In this document: positions 13,994-27,335 of the stretch, in pieces
Numbering within the stretch: position 1 is the first letter of the stretch
How the letters are laid out: each line of letters starts with the position of its first letter
Source of the DNA: Lama glama
Taxonomy: Eukaryota
NCBI GenBank assembly: GCA_028534125.1
Contig: CM052827.1
Span: 67,642,001-67,706,000, forward strand
Direction: 5' to 3'
DNA length: 64,000 bases
Notes under the pieces: model-generated
The model's database searches: none
Told to the model about the DNA's origin: nothing
Seen by the model: the letters and a program-made list of their open reading frames with translations, nothing else
Made by a program: the position numbers and the translations under genes

Positions 13994-15435
13994 CTACAAA
14001 CAGCATGGGGACCCAGCTCAGCTCAAAGGGTGACGTGGACGTCCTGAAGGGCACTACACTGCAACGAAGGCAAAAGGAAGAAGCAGGAGCTGGCTACACA
14101 AAAATGAAGCCGCAGAGGGGAGAGCGTTCTGGGCCTCAGACACACCCTGAAGGCTTGTTGTCAGGAAAGCACGGCAGATTAGAGGAACAGAAAGAGGGCT
14201 GTGAGGCTGCGCATGGGCGTGGGTCAGGAGCATGCTGGGGTGAGGCAGGGCCACAGCGGTGGACTGGAGACAGACCGGGACTCCCTCCTGCCAGGCCTTT
14301 AAGACTTCTTAAGGAGTCTAGCTTTTAACTGCTTCTGATGAGTTCAAGGGCAATGAAAAGTCACTGACAGCGAGTTTTGTTTTGTAAAAAGCCCTGAGAC
14401 TTCAGTGTGTAAAAGGCGCTGGAGGGCAGAGTCAGGGAAGGCGGCCGGACAGGGCGGAGGCCACACGGCAGCTCTGTGTGGGAGCGGCACACTGGAGAGT
14501 TTCAAGAGATAAAAGATAACATTTAAGAATTTAGGTCTAAGATAGAATCGAGACAACCCGGCAGCTCACTGAGATGGGGGCTGAGTGAGAAGGCCGTGCT
14601 GTGGAACACGGCCACATGGGAACGCACGGACGGTGTTCCCCACGAGGTGGAGGGAGAGCAGCAAGCCCGCCAGGCTGAGGACCACCTGAGTTCAAAGGCT
14701 GCTTTGTACAGTTGTTCGCAATGTATTTTTGTTTTTCTTGCAATTTCATACCTCTGCGTCTATTATGAATAGTTAAAAAAATACTGCCGCCTTGCACAAC
14801 CACTCACACCCAGAGGTGGCAAGATTCAAACAAGTCTGTGTTCTTTTTGGAAAGTCTTGGTTCAAAGACAAAAATCTGAGAGCAGACGAATCTTTTGATC
14901 CTTACCATTGACACGAGCTCCAGGGCCAACCCGGGCACTACTTAAGGCCTTTCTTTCACGGGACAATGGGAACAGCTCAGCACAGACACTTGGGTTAAGA
15001 GGCTCCCACTCGGCACTTTCTGCCTTAGAAATACGGATTTAAATATCAAAAGAACTGGGACCGTCAGTCCCAGTGACCAGCGCACCTGGCGGAATTTAAT
15101 CCGGCGTTGAACTTCTCCGTGCGGACGCACAACTGGCGAAGAACAAACAACGCCGGGAAAAGTCTTCCCATGGCCCACCCCCTCGTGAACGTTTTTAATA
15201 TTTCAAAAATGCTCAGGAACCGGGACAAAGCAATTTAAAAAATCTCAAAGGGTCAGAGCAAAATGGAATCCGTTTAAGAATGCACCATACACGAAAGGCA
15301 CCGAGGCTCATGAACAGGGTCCCTTCCTCACAGCCAAGCACGGGAAACAAAGGAAGGCTAAACTGAGAGACACGAGAGGACGCTCACGCCTGGCCCGGCC
15401 TCTGCCAGGAAAACCTCCAATAAACAAGGCTTGGC

Positions 15436-15553
15436 TTCTGTGGGCTCCCCAGAAGCAGAGTTGAAAAGGGAGAATCATTTTTAATCTCTTTAAAGCGGGA
15501 GACAGACCTTTGTTAATGTGCCCGGTTACCAGGACCGCTGAGGAGGCAAACAG
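15436..15553 (+). repeat. ~120-bp direct repeat, copy 2
   Basis: Offset 1560 bp from copy 1. Confidence 0.95.
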
Positions 15554-18377
15554 AAGCAGAGGGTCCCGGCCACCCCCCACCCCTGCCTCCGCCTCCGCAC
15601 GGCTCGGCGTTACCCACACAGCGCGCTGCACAGGGCACGTCTGGTCACTCTGTCTGCTTCTCTCTCTAGGGGCCACAGAAAGAAGTTTTAGCATAACAAA
15701 TTTAGTTTAAAATATTATTAGTTTGAAAGAGATCAGAGTGCAGAGGTTTTTATTTCTTCCAGAAAGGCTGAAAATGTACCTTTCCCTTATCTTGGAATGG
15801 CTGAGATAAAAGCCGTCTTAAGCAAGAGGTCTGTGAGCTCCCCGCCCAGCACCGAGGGAGGCTCCCTTGGGAGGAACACCTCATCTGACACGCGCCTTAA
15901 ACTCAACTACTCAGCTCTTAGGTTCCGTCCATAAAGTGGGACTACTACTTGGTAAATTGTACTTTAAGACTGTTGTAAAAACGTTGCTTTTCGGCCTTAG
16001 TGGTACTGCCCCCTAAAACACAACAATTACTCATCTAGAATTAAACACTAAAAAGGCAGAGAACTCTATTTTAGCAAATACATAAAGTATGTCATGTATT
16101 TTGTTCATTATATGTATTTATAAAATATATACCAATTTGCCAATTATATAAAGATTATTTTAGTATTTTTATGAGTTACTGCCAAAACCATTTTTGCAAT
16201 TTTTAAATTTTCACTTCACTGCTTACAACCACCTCCTTGAAAGTACAAAATGGGAGCTGGCCTCTTTGCCAAAGCTCTGCTCTAGGATGTGGATCTCATG
16301 CTGGGCATTTGTGGCAGGACGGATCACAAGCCCCTACTTCTTCCAAAGAGCAACTGATTATGAAACACATAGATGGATGAAAAGGTAGCTTGAAATTAGT
16401 GCCTGCTGACTTTTCCCTAAGGGCAGTTATTAAAGCATTATGGTTTACATTTATAAAAGCAAAGATAACCTATTACACTATCAGTTCTTTGGGGGCAAAA
16501 GCTCAGGGTTGCAGATAATCCTCTTTCCCTGTATTTAAATAATGAGAGGATTATTTCTTTCCTCCATTCACAATTCTTACCCCCAAACCACTCCCCACTT
16601 AAGTAATTTTCACAGCTGTGCCTGGGGAGCAGAAAGGCAGAGAGAATGTCGCAGTGCAGACCCTGACCCGCTACCACCAGGGCGAAGGGACAGCAGGTCA
16701 GAGGGAGCTAGAGAAACGGGCCAACAGCCACAGGCCTGGACCTCGCCACGGCTCCTCCACGGTGCTTCCACGTACCACGGCTCCTCTTCAGAAACGAGTT
16801 TAAAAAGGAGTCAACTCACTTACCCTACTCCCCAACTACTGAACAGCCTGCTGACACCATTCACACTGCAAATGTAAACTCAGCAACGCTTCTGGCTTAT
16901 CTTAATGAGCACCCCAGAAGCTGGACTTCTGACTTCTACTTCTTGTAAAATATTCAACGTCACAATTTTATAAAGAAAGCCTGTTCGATTTCACTCGTGA
17001 TTCCTTGAAGAGCAATATTTATATTTTGTACTCCCTTCAAAATGTGTACGTTTGAACACAGCTGCAACAATACATTTACTGTGATGACATTTTATCATTT
17101 CGTCCCTTTTCCGATTGTTTCTGTGCGTATCAGAACGTGCAATTCTGTGAGCTTTAAGCAGACTGCTACTTTGCTTCTCACCTTAAGTAAAATCGCCTGG
17201 CTCCAGTAATAAGACGTATTAAAGTGGAGAACTGAGCTTTTCTCACTTGGAAGTAGAGAAAAAAGTGGTTTGCTTTTTTTAGACTCTTCTTTCAGAAGAC
17301 ACAGAAAGTCATTTGTCTTTTGTTTACTTGAATGCAGCAGTTAAGCAGCAAAAGATAATGGTCCCAATTATCCAGGCCAACAAACTGCAGGGTTTATAAA
17401 ACTTATGACTTTTTTGAAAACACCCAGCAGGTTAGTTGGTACTAAGAACCACATTTCGTCTGTTTGCACTAAGCCCTACAACCTTCTCAAACCTCCCTCA
17501 GGTCTGCTTTACACGCACAAGTGAGCTCAGAAGACACCGTTAACCCTGCAAGGACAGTGCCGGTGACCTTCCCTAAACTTCACAAGGGGGACGGTTCCCC
17601 CACGTCCAGATGGAACGGCAGCCCCGCGGCAAGTCACAGTGCCTTCGCCTGCGGCCATGACGCCAGCCCCAGCAGGCCCGTCCCCACCCCGCCCAGGGGG
17701 AGCAGGTCTCTCGGCAGGAAACCAAAGAACTGCAGGTTTTACGAGGAAGGCTGTACTTTAAACTGGTCTTCAAGTGTTCTTACTCTGCTCATTATTTTTC
17801 TGAAAGACAGTTAAGCGGCATCAAGACATTTCTATGTAGAGGGAAACTTAATTACGCAGAAACAGAGGGGTTTGGTTCACTCTGTATTAAACAGAAACCT
17901 TTTCTTTGTCAAACCAAGGGTGGACTGCTGCTAAGTCACTCAGAGGCTGCCCTCCCGCTGTGGGCAGAGGCGCAGGCAGGAGTGGGCCACCTTCCCGCCG
18001 CAGGCGAGCGGCAGCCAAGCCCTCTCCCACCTGCTCCCAGAGGTTGCTGGTGGCGGTGGGTCAGTGCGCAGCGGAGAAAGGGCGCACCAGACCCGTGAGC
18101 GACTGTCGGCCTGCTTTGCTGTGATTTGCCTTTTCCGCTTCTTCAAAATGAAAAGAGCCTTGTTGTTTCTGATTATAAAAGTAGTACCTGTTTGGTACTT
18201 TTAAAAATACAGACAATACAGAAAACTATAAAAAAGAATTATTACCTATTACCCTGCTGCTCAGAGGTAAGGACTCGGTGTCCTGGCGTGTATCCTTGCA
18301 AGTTGCTTTCTGTGCACACACACACGTTTTGTTTTTGGTGTTTTGTTTTGTTTTTTTAAGCAAGGGGGATCATTTGT

Positions 18378-18710
18378 AAGCTCTAGGGCTAGGACTAAAA
18401 CTCTGTAAAGCAAGTATGTGCTAAAAAGGAGGCAAAATGGAACTATATAAAATGTTCACTTAATACCACAGAAAAAAGAAGTGGAAAAAAGAAACAGAGC
18501 CAGTGCAACAAACAGAACACAATCAGACAAACACGGCAGATACTAGTCCAACCACAGCAATAACTACTTTACGTGTGAATCACCCAAATACAACAATTAA
18601 ACGACAGATTGTCAGAGAAGATTAAAAAAGAGACCCTGTGTTTGTCATCCACAAGGGACCCACTGTAAATACCAAGACTTAGATAAGCTGAAGACGGGGA
18701 CTGAGAGAGG
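18378..18710 (+). mobile_element. Old L1M inter-ORF / ORF2 endonuclease 5' fragment
   Basis: caataactactttacgtgtgaat...caattaaacgacagattgtcagagaagattaaaaaagagaccc resembles the start of L1 ORF2. Confidence 0.7.
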
Positions 18711-20609
18711 AACCGAGGTCACGGGCTGTGCACGGCTTTCTCTACCTTTCCTTGAAAGACAAATACCGGAAAACACCTGGTCCACTGAGAACATCTACAA
18801 AGTTATCAGTGTACACACCTTCCCAAATACATACAAACACTGTCCAAGACTTCAAAATGCTGACCTGCTTTATATTATTTGAGAAAATTAAAATTGCGTA
18901 CCTTTGAGCCCACTAATTAGTGACAGATGAATACTTACCACATATTTTTCTCCCTAATCTTGCTTATAGCTCACAGACAGAAACCTGCCAACCACAACAC
19001 AGCTGACTTCCTCTCTTTAGGAGGGGCTCTCACTCCTTGTTCCTGGCAGTGGAGAAAGACTAACAGACGTCCCCATTCCTGCCTGAGCGCTCTCATGCAC
19101 ACTGTCACCACCGCAGACTCCGTCCCCAAGTCCAACACGGGCTGCTGAGCTTCTCCCACCAGCAGAGCCACGAAGCAGTCCACTGCCCCAGCAGGTCCGA
19201 GCTCACGTTCCGACACTACGTGGACGTAGAAGCTCGGCTGGCCTTCGTGTCCCCTGTTCTTTCCACGTGAGACGCCGAAGGACACTCGCCCGCAGCGCGT
19301 GTCTAGCTGCCGGCCCCGACCAGCTGCGTCTTGGAAGCGGACCCTTCTCGACATCAGGCAGTCAGCACTTGGGCTACGGCAGCGTCACGTGCGCAAAGGA
19401 AGGGTTCTGAGCTCTACATACACGTCCTGGTTCCTTGTGCTTAAAAAAAGAGTGTTCGACTTGATTTTCTGAGGTTAGGAAAAATGACTGAAACTTTCCC
19501 GTTGAGTGATGACGCTGGAATCTTTGATCTCAGCTGCTCTGAGTTCACAGTCAGGCTGCTCAGTTTATTTTGAGAAAGCAAACCCTTCCTGTTGCTTCTC
19601 AGGAAATGGAAGAACACATTTATAGACTACGTTTTAATTTCATGTTTACGTGGTTTTAGTTTTTTAACTATGTCTTACTTCAAATAATATTTAACTATGG
19701 GGTGATATTAAGACTTTCAGAAGGAAATCAGAGCTGGGGGGTGAGGGAGAGAATAATATTTTCAGATTTAACCTAAAAGGGTACATTTTTTTTAAAAAGT
19801 CTCACACTGTTACACCCTGTTTCTTCCTGTGAAGAATTTTTCAAGCATTAAGTTGTGCAACAGCTTAAGGAAGAAAAAAGGAAATGCCCACGTTTCTCTC
19901 AAATATGCAACAGCACAGAGAAATATCAGAGGCTTAATTTAAAAACAGTGCCTCTCACCTGCTTAGACTTGTTAAATCACTACAGTGACCTCTGAGCCGC
20001 CCACTCAGCTCTCGGCGCTCGCCACACCCTCCTGCACTGTTCCTAACGGGAGGCAGACACTTAATGGCTTTGCAGAATAAATCTTCAGGGAAGAACACAG
20101 TGCACCGACAAGAGTGAAGAAATGCTTCAGACTGTCTCTGATTTCTCTACAGGCAAAGAAAATCAGGCGCCATGACGGAGCTGGGAAGGAGAAAAGACAC
20201 TGAAGGGAAGAGGCTACAAGTAACGCCTGAGCTCCTTCAACCAACTGTTGGGTTCTCTTCTACGTGGCACACTTTCAGCCAAGAGGGAGAAACGAACCCA
20301 GCAGAAACCAAACACAGTAATGGAGGGAAAGAAACCACGTAGGCAGTGAACGCAGACCGCGGCCACCCTCAGGAAAGGACCCAGGGTGCCTCAGCGAGTG
20401 TGGCGCACAGCAACACCCCAGCCCCCATCACAGCCCCCCCAACGTCTGCTCCCCCTTTCCCGACTTGCTTCCCCGGCCCCGGGGCCAGTGCAGCCCATGG
20501 GCGGGCAGCTGGGCGCCGTCCCCGGCAGCTGTCCGGGCCTCGGTGCTCCAAAGGCACGGCGTGGGAGCTGCCGTCAGAGAACTCGTGGACGGTGGGTGAG
20601 TGACAGGAG

Positions 20610-20820
20610 TCTGGCTGCTCCTACTCTTTTGTCCACTCGTTTTTGTGCAACGATGTCAAGTCTCACAGAAGTTCTGAGGGGACGTGACGCGGACCCTCAC
20701 CCAGTGAGAGACGGCAGAACCGGGGCGCAGGGAGATGGCCGGCCTCCCCGTGCCCACCCGTCGGTGGGAGAACCGGGACCAGAAGGCAGGCTCCCTGAGC
20801 TCAGCGTGGGTCCTTCTGCC
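20610..20820 (-). mobile_element. MIR SINE (degenerate, GC-shifted)
   Basis: tctcacagaagttctgagg...gagacggcagaaccggggcgcaggga. Confidence 0.45.
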
Positions 20821-21149
20821 TTGGGCTTCCTGAAATCACCATCTAAACCGGACACTTCAGGCGAGGCCTGTGAGGTCTGTTCTAAAAGGCCATTTGTGGC
20901 ACTTGTCTTTATCAACCAGAAGACAGAAAGAAAGAAAAAACAAAAGCCACCAGCGGCACCTAGTCCCCAGCGACAGAACCCCAGGTGGGGCCTCAATGCC
21001 CACGCCCATCACGCGTCCTCATCAGCGAGGACGTCTTTCCACGCTGGCTGTTACTGACTTTCGGCTGCCTTCTGCAGGCCTGCTCGCGCTCAGCAGCGGG
21101 TCTGCTCCCCGCTCACGGAGAAAACCCAAGCCACCAGGAGCGAACTCTC

Positions 21150-22800
21150 TCGCCCCCCGCCCCGCTACCCACACACTCATCTCCAGTCACACCACCTCCG
21201 TCCTCCTCGGCTCCCCTGGCAGATGGCCCCCCAAAGGGACGCCGCCACTGTCCCCTTCCCTCCCGAGGCAGGCCCCCGAGCACTCGGCACCCAGACCCAC
21301 TGCCTGGCTTTCTGGAGGCCTTGCTCCGTTAGCTATTCCCTCTCCAACCTGCAGGCATGTCTTCCCCCGTCTGCCTCCAAAACACAAACGCCAGTCACCA
21401 CGACACACGGAGCCCAAGCCTGTACACGGACAGGTGTGTGCGCAGGCCGCCCCCACTTCTCAAGCCCCACTCCCTCCTCCCTCCAGAGCCCTCTGGCTGC
21501 CACCTGAACACCTAGTTGCCAGATCCAGTCTCCCATGTTCAGTCTCCACCTGACTTTCCCGTGCCCTCGGACAGGCCTGACAGCTCTTCCCTACTTGCTC
21601 CTGGGCGGTGGGGCAAGTTGCTCTCCCGAGCTTTAGACAGCTTATCTGGCAAAGGCAAGGGCGATAAGCACTTCAGGGAGCACTGCTGTGAAGATCCTAT
21701 GACGTAACACACGGGAACAGCACGACGCCCCGGTGCTCGGCACCACTACCGTCCGCGTGGGTGGGTCTTCCTGGCCCCCTTCTCCCTCCCTTCCTCTGCC
21801 TGCGGGGTCTCTGGGCCGTGGGCACCCCTGGGGACCTCACACATGCGTGGCTGCAGCCGTCAGTCCCAGTACCTCCCCGACAGGTCTGCAGCCCTGACTT
21901 CTCTCCGGGCTCCCGGCCGCTCCAGGTCAGCAGAACGCCTCCAGCTGGACTCGCTCTTCTCCCTCCAAGCCCGCTCCTCCGTGTTCCCCTCCGACCAGTG
22001 CCGCCTTCGCAGAGCGACTCTCCCCAGCCAGAAACACCAGGAGCCGTCTCCCTTCTTCCCTCTTACCCTCTCCCGCCTCCCACCAACCAGCACCAGTTCC
22101 TTCCCCTCAGTGATTCCCAAGCCCACCCCCACCCGCCCCACCATCACTTCGTTGGGGTCCTCATTATTTTCCCCTGGATTACTTTAGCAGCCCTTGGCCT
22201 TCTCCCCGCCTGCTTTCTGCATAACTTAAGACAGTGATTTAAGCACTTATTGCACCTTTGATGATCCCACAACGCTGCCAGGAAGAGGGCTACACTTCCA
22301 GAAATAGCATGCCTGGCCCTTGACAGGGCTGGAGCAAGAATCTGAACCAAGAGGCACCTCCCGCCCCTTCCCCGCTCTGCACCACGAGTCTCTGCTCCTG
22401 TCCCTCTTCCTTGGTGCTCCTCATGCTGAGCCCTTCCGTGCTCTGAACCAGGGCTGTTTCTTCTGTTCTCTCCTTTCTGCTCAGCCTGGTAAATAGTCCT
22501 GACCCTCAAACACCCAGCACCTGCTCCGTGTACTGTTTCCTCAAAACCGAAGAGCAAATCGCGCCCTCCTGTGTGCCCCGCTCTCCACCACTACTGATTA
22601 CAATGTATCGCTGTAAAGTACTTCCATTCTCAATTCCAGTTAATAATTTACGTGCCTGTCTTCTGAGGGCAGGCACTGTGTCACACTCACACAGTGTCTT
22701 CAGGATTTGAGCACTAGGACTGCAGGCAGGAGGGCGGAGATCAGGGAACTAAGACTTAACAGTCCGGAGCTCAGGGAATGGCTGTTGAGTGAATGAGGCA
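21150..22800 (+). mobile_element. L2 fragments with a nested MIR (~21570-21750)
   Basis: Pyrimidine-rich L2-like segments (cagccctgacttctctcc, ccagccagaaac, tgagggcaggcactgtgtc...tgttgagtgaatga). Confidence 0.6.
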
Positions 22801-23959
22801 GCGTGGCTGTCAATTACGTCAGAATAACTGAGTGAGAGGGGAGGCTGGTGAGACAGGCGGACCTGACAGCCGGTGAGGTGAGCACAGAGGAGCCAGAATG
22901 AAGGACGGAAAACATGGCACCGATCAGGTCCTCTCCTGAGGACGCACGTTCCGTCAGGCCTGGGGCTGTGACCGGCAAACCCAGGTGAGTATCTAACAGC
23001 TCCTGCTTAACAGGAGAACAAGTCCCACAGCTCAAGGGCACTGGTTGAGAGGCAAGTTGTGGACTGTAGAACATTCTGCATTATCACTTTATCAGGCTCT
23101 GTGCAAGCTCAGTAAATGTCAGTAGTTAGCCTGCAGCCCTCTCCTACATCCATAAAGCTCCTGGAGAACTGCAGACAGAAGAAAAACAAATAAACAGAGC
23201 CCATCGCCCATATAACCCTAGCACCGAGGGCCCAGAGGAACCACGTCATGCAGTATCTATTTTGTGGCCAAAATTTGTCCCCTGCAATAATTTATGTATA
23301 ATAAGCCATGTTATGCACAACATGCCATCATCCCACACACTAAGGAAAAAGTACACTGTATTCTGCCAAGGCATGTAAGTGCCCACTTATCAAATGAAGC
23401 AACCTAGCATCCAGTGTGGCAAGCATCGGAGACTGAGGAGGAATGAGACCCAGGGAACTGGGAACGGAGCGAGGCAAAGTAAACTCGGAGAAAACCAAGC
23501 TGAAACTGGCAATGTGTTCCCGATAATAAAAGGAACATCTATAATTAACAGGCTTTCAAGCATATTCAGCCCTGGAAGACGGCGTCACACCTCATAAAAC
23601 ATTCATTTAAGAGCCATATACCAGGAGTGCACACCCTCATTACAGAGGCACGTGCAGAGCACTGAAGGAGCAAGAGAGGGCTCCAAAGTGAGACCCCCAC
23701 TGCCCTCCAGAGAGCCCACACGTGAAAGGGAGCCAGAATTGCTAAAGATAAAAATAATAATAATAAAATGGAATGTTAAGACTAAAGTAAATTATGTTAC
23801 TAAATAAATAAGGACTGTTCCCAGAGGAGTAAACACATTTCTAGAAAACAAATCTGCAGGTACAGAGTTAACACACATGCAAAAAAGAACAAGAAAGCCA
23901 ACTCACAATAACCTAGAATATTTGTGAACTTTTAAATTTGTACCAATCATGCTAATAAG

Positions 23960-24840
23960 ATCAACTCATATAAATGTACGTGTAACAAGATAAGGCATAT
24001 TTCAAAACCACAGTAATTTAAAAAGTGAATCAATGACCCAGGAACGCACAAGTAAGCCACTGGGACAAAACAGAGACCGCAGAAAGAGATCTGCATAAAT
24101 GTGCACCCAGGTGCTGGAGGCGGCCCCGCAAACCTGCGGCGAAGGAGGGGATCACTCGGTAAACAGTACCGAGGAAACTGGCTCACAACGTGAACAGTTT
24201 TCTAAAAATAAAAACGAATTTACGCCTCATACCTTAAACTCCAAATTGTTTTAAAGACGTAAGAGAGTAAACCCATGAAGCTAAAAATGGGAGGAGAGAT
24301 TATGTTGTGAGCCCCGAATAGGGGAAGAGTTCTTAAATGACTCAAAATGCACAGACCACAATAATGTCAAGAACTGGTGGGTAAGAAAAGATTTCGTTGC
24401 TGCTAATGAAAGGCACACAAAGGTAGCAGACGAGCGAAGTACTTGGGAACGGGGCTCACAGCAGCCACAGCTAACAAGGGGTAATTTACAGAACACACAA
24501 GGGTTCCACAAGAATTCTTTCAACGAACGCTCCCAAGAACAAGGCAGGAGGTCTGATTCACAGAAAAGGGAAACTAAACCAGGAAATGAAGAGAGGCTTC
24601 ACCTCATCTGCCATCACAGAAGGGCGAAATCAACTATGAGCCAGAACAACCATCTATCAGGTTAGCGAAAATCAGGAAACTCGTTAAAAGAAACGGAAGC
24701 ACCGACCGTGCAGTCCTGGTGGGCGCGCGAGGCCGCACTGCGCGCGGACAGCGCCGCCCGAGAACCCCTCCGCAGCAGAGCCCGTGTACTCGTGCCCCCG
24801 GGGGACAAAGCGCACACATGCCGCCCGGCAGCCAAGACAC
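23960..24840 (+). mobile_element. L1ME-type ORF2 3' fragment
   Basis: Collinear L1 ORF2 landmarks (aaaacagagaccgcagaaagagatc, cctcatacc, ggggaagagttcttaaatgactcaaaatgcac, ttcacagaaaaggg, cacctcatctgccatcacagaa). Confidence 0.7.
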
Positions 24841-24949
24841 GTACAAACTTGTGGGCCTTTCCATGTCCCTGTTCCTGAAGTCTGCATGTTCTGTCTGGTT
24901 TTAACTTAACCTTTGCTGAAAAGCAGCAGATGTAATGACAGAAACCGTT

Positions 24950-25130
24950 TAGCCGGGGGACGGACACACCCGGATCGAGGCCGGCCTCGGCTGTCCGTGC
25001 AACCTGGGTAAGCGGCAATCTGCACTCGCCTCGGTTTCTTTACCTATAAAACAGGGGTGTTACCCACCCTGCACACCACCAGGAAGGTCAGAGATGATGC
25101 ATGCAAAGCATTCAATAAATGGAAGTGATT
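24950..25130 (+). mobile_element. MIR SINE
   Basis: gcaacctgggtaag...gcctcggtttctttacctataaaacagggg...gatgatgcatgcaaagca. Confidence 0.7.
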
Positions 25131-27164
25131 TTTTTTTAAACCAGAAGTAGGAGCGTCACGCCCTGACCCAGACAGATTCTGGTGCTGAGCTCAGTCCCTC
25201 TCAGACAGAACGCCAAAGCCACAGCAAGAGACGGGGAACCAGAGACAGATTCAGCGTGGACTTACCCGCCGGTCTCTCCCACTCGGCGGGGCAGGGTAAG
25301 TAACCTCTCTCCTTCCGTATACTCATTGGAAACTGTCAAGGTCAAGGCTGGGGAGGCTCTTTTAGCTCCGGGAAAATGCACAGGAGGCTGCGGCTGGTGG
25401 CCGTCATGACCGTGGTGCCCCTGCGACGGGCGTCGGAGTCCCGATTCCACAAACATCAGGAAGGGGAACTCACACACGGCAGGGAGAACGCTCTTAGAGG
25501 AACTCGGTTATCCACGACCGAGTGAGGTAACTGCAGGGCCTGAAGGCTGACCATGACAACAGTGAACCCGGAGACAGACGCAGACCCAAGGTCAGGACTT
25601 CACACGTCAACTGCTTAACACACAACGCGGAGGAAGCATTCCAGCCGGCAGCCTTCGTAGCCTGGTGGCTGGTGTCCCTCCGCGCCACCACCCCTGCATC
25701 TTCGCCTGGAGCAGCTGCTTCTCTTTGGTCCTGAGTCCCAGCCTGTGGACTTCGGGACCCTGGCAGAGAGCTGCAGGCGGAACCCCTGCGCCACACACAC
25801 ACGTCCTACTACTTACAAACACGGGAAGATGCTGTGGTCCTCGTTTACGGTGCACGTGCAGCGGAGTAATCTTAAACAGTAACCGCGACACTAAATATGA
25901 GCAATCATCAGAAGTAAGAAGTGAAACTCTAAAAAGTCAAAAAAAAAATCTTTGAAATCTTTCAGTATTAAATGAAAGTGCAGCACCGATTTCTGCAAAG
26001 GCTGAGAATCACTGCTTTAAAGTTTACAATTTCCAACTGAAGTTAGTTTTTATTTCATAATAGACATGAAGGGAAAAGAAGGGGGGGTTGAAAAAAATGA
26101 AAATCCCAGCACACATTTATCTCCACTCCTCGGCCTCTCCCGACCATAAACGTTTCCTTGGCATTTAACATCAAAGCTAGCTACCCTTTCATTCTTAGCT
26201 CACTTGCCCCTGCACCTGTTCAGAACAGCAGCGGCAATGCACTGTGTGTTAGGAAAATACGCATGTGTCGTTCCATTCCTCATTTACGGAAGAAAAGATC
26301 ACTCATTTTATTTCTCTTTCCTCCCCCTTCCCATCCCCCCAACCTTCTGATGCTTGAACACAATTCTATACAGGAGAAGTTTTAGATCACTGTAGATACT
26401 CCAATCGGCGAAGAGAAAATAAATATTTTATCTAGCATCTCCTGGTGAAAATGTACTCTGAGTTTTAATTTATATTCTTTTCGATGCAACATAAAACCTC
26501 AGCTAAAGAGAGGCTCAGCTTTAAACACTGCAAAAATAAGAAAAATAAACTTTTTTCCATCTGGGAGTATCACAAAGATAGTTAATACACAAAATGTATA
26601 TGGGTTTTCCCATGTCTTTCCATAATACGAGCTTTTCAGTAAGTTATCCTGAACTGGGGTGGGGAGGCTGGGGGCTAGGTATGGTGGTCGTGCAGTATGT
26701 GGGGAGAGTCATACACGTCATTTATTAATTTGTTAACTTACTTCTTTTCTGGCATGTAAACTGTCCTGGAGTAACCAGAAGTGTTGTTTTTTATTCTAAA
26801 GAGTTAAACTTTGCTAATCTGACCCTTCAAAGATACCGTTCCCTAAGATCTGACATCAGACATCTGTAAATTAAAATACGCCATCAGGATTTTGACAGCA
26901 GGAGACAAATCACAATGACGCCAACACAGCTACACGTAGCCACGAACACAGAGTAAGTGTGAATTTCAAACATGGAAAAAAACAAAACAACAAAACCCCT
27001 GGAGCTCTGGGTAGAGACGAATGGGAAAAGACCGGAGCGTCAGGTAAAGGCCGTCTCGATCAGCACGGGTCAGCTCTCTTCTGCAACGGCGAAGACCGCC
27101 CACGTCAGCACCGCCATCTCTTCCGCAAGCAGTGCTTTCCAGGTCACGAGAGCCACGCGCCTAC

Positions 27165-27335
27165 ATCGTCTAAGACTCTTGTTCACGTCCCAGCATGTCC
27201 ATTTACTAACGTGACCGCTGACAAGTCACATTTTATCAGACTCAGTTTCCCCTCCATAAAATGGAACAAATGAATCCTATTTTACCAGGCTGTTAAAAGG
27301 AGTAATAAATTATAAATGAGATACAGAAGATGTGT
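27165..27335 (+). mobile_element. MIR SINE
   Basis: gacaagtcac...ctcagtttcccctccataaaatggaa. Confidence 0.7.

Noticed and set aside
25266-25332. Possible 67-nt minus-strand exon (GG|GTAAGT donor)
   Set aside because: Splice-like pairs of this quality occur by chance in long introns; no further support.
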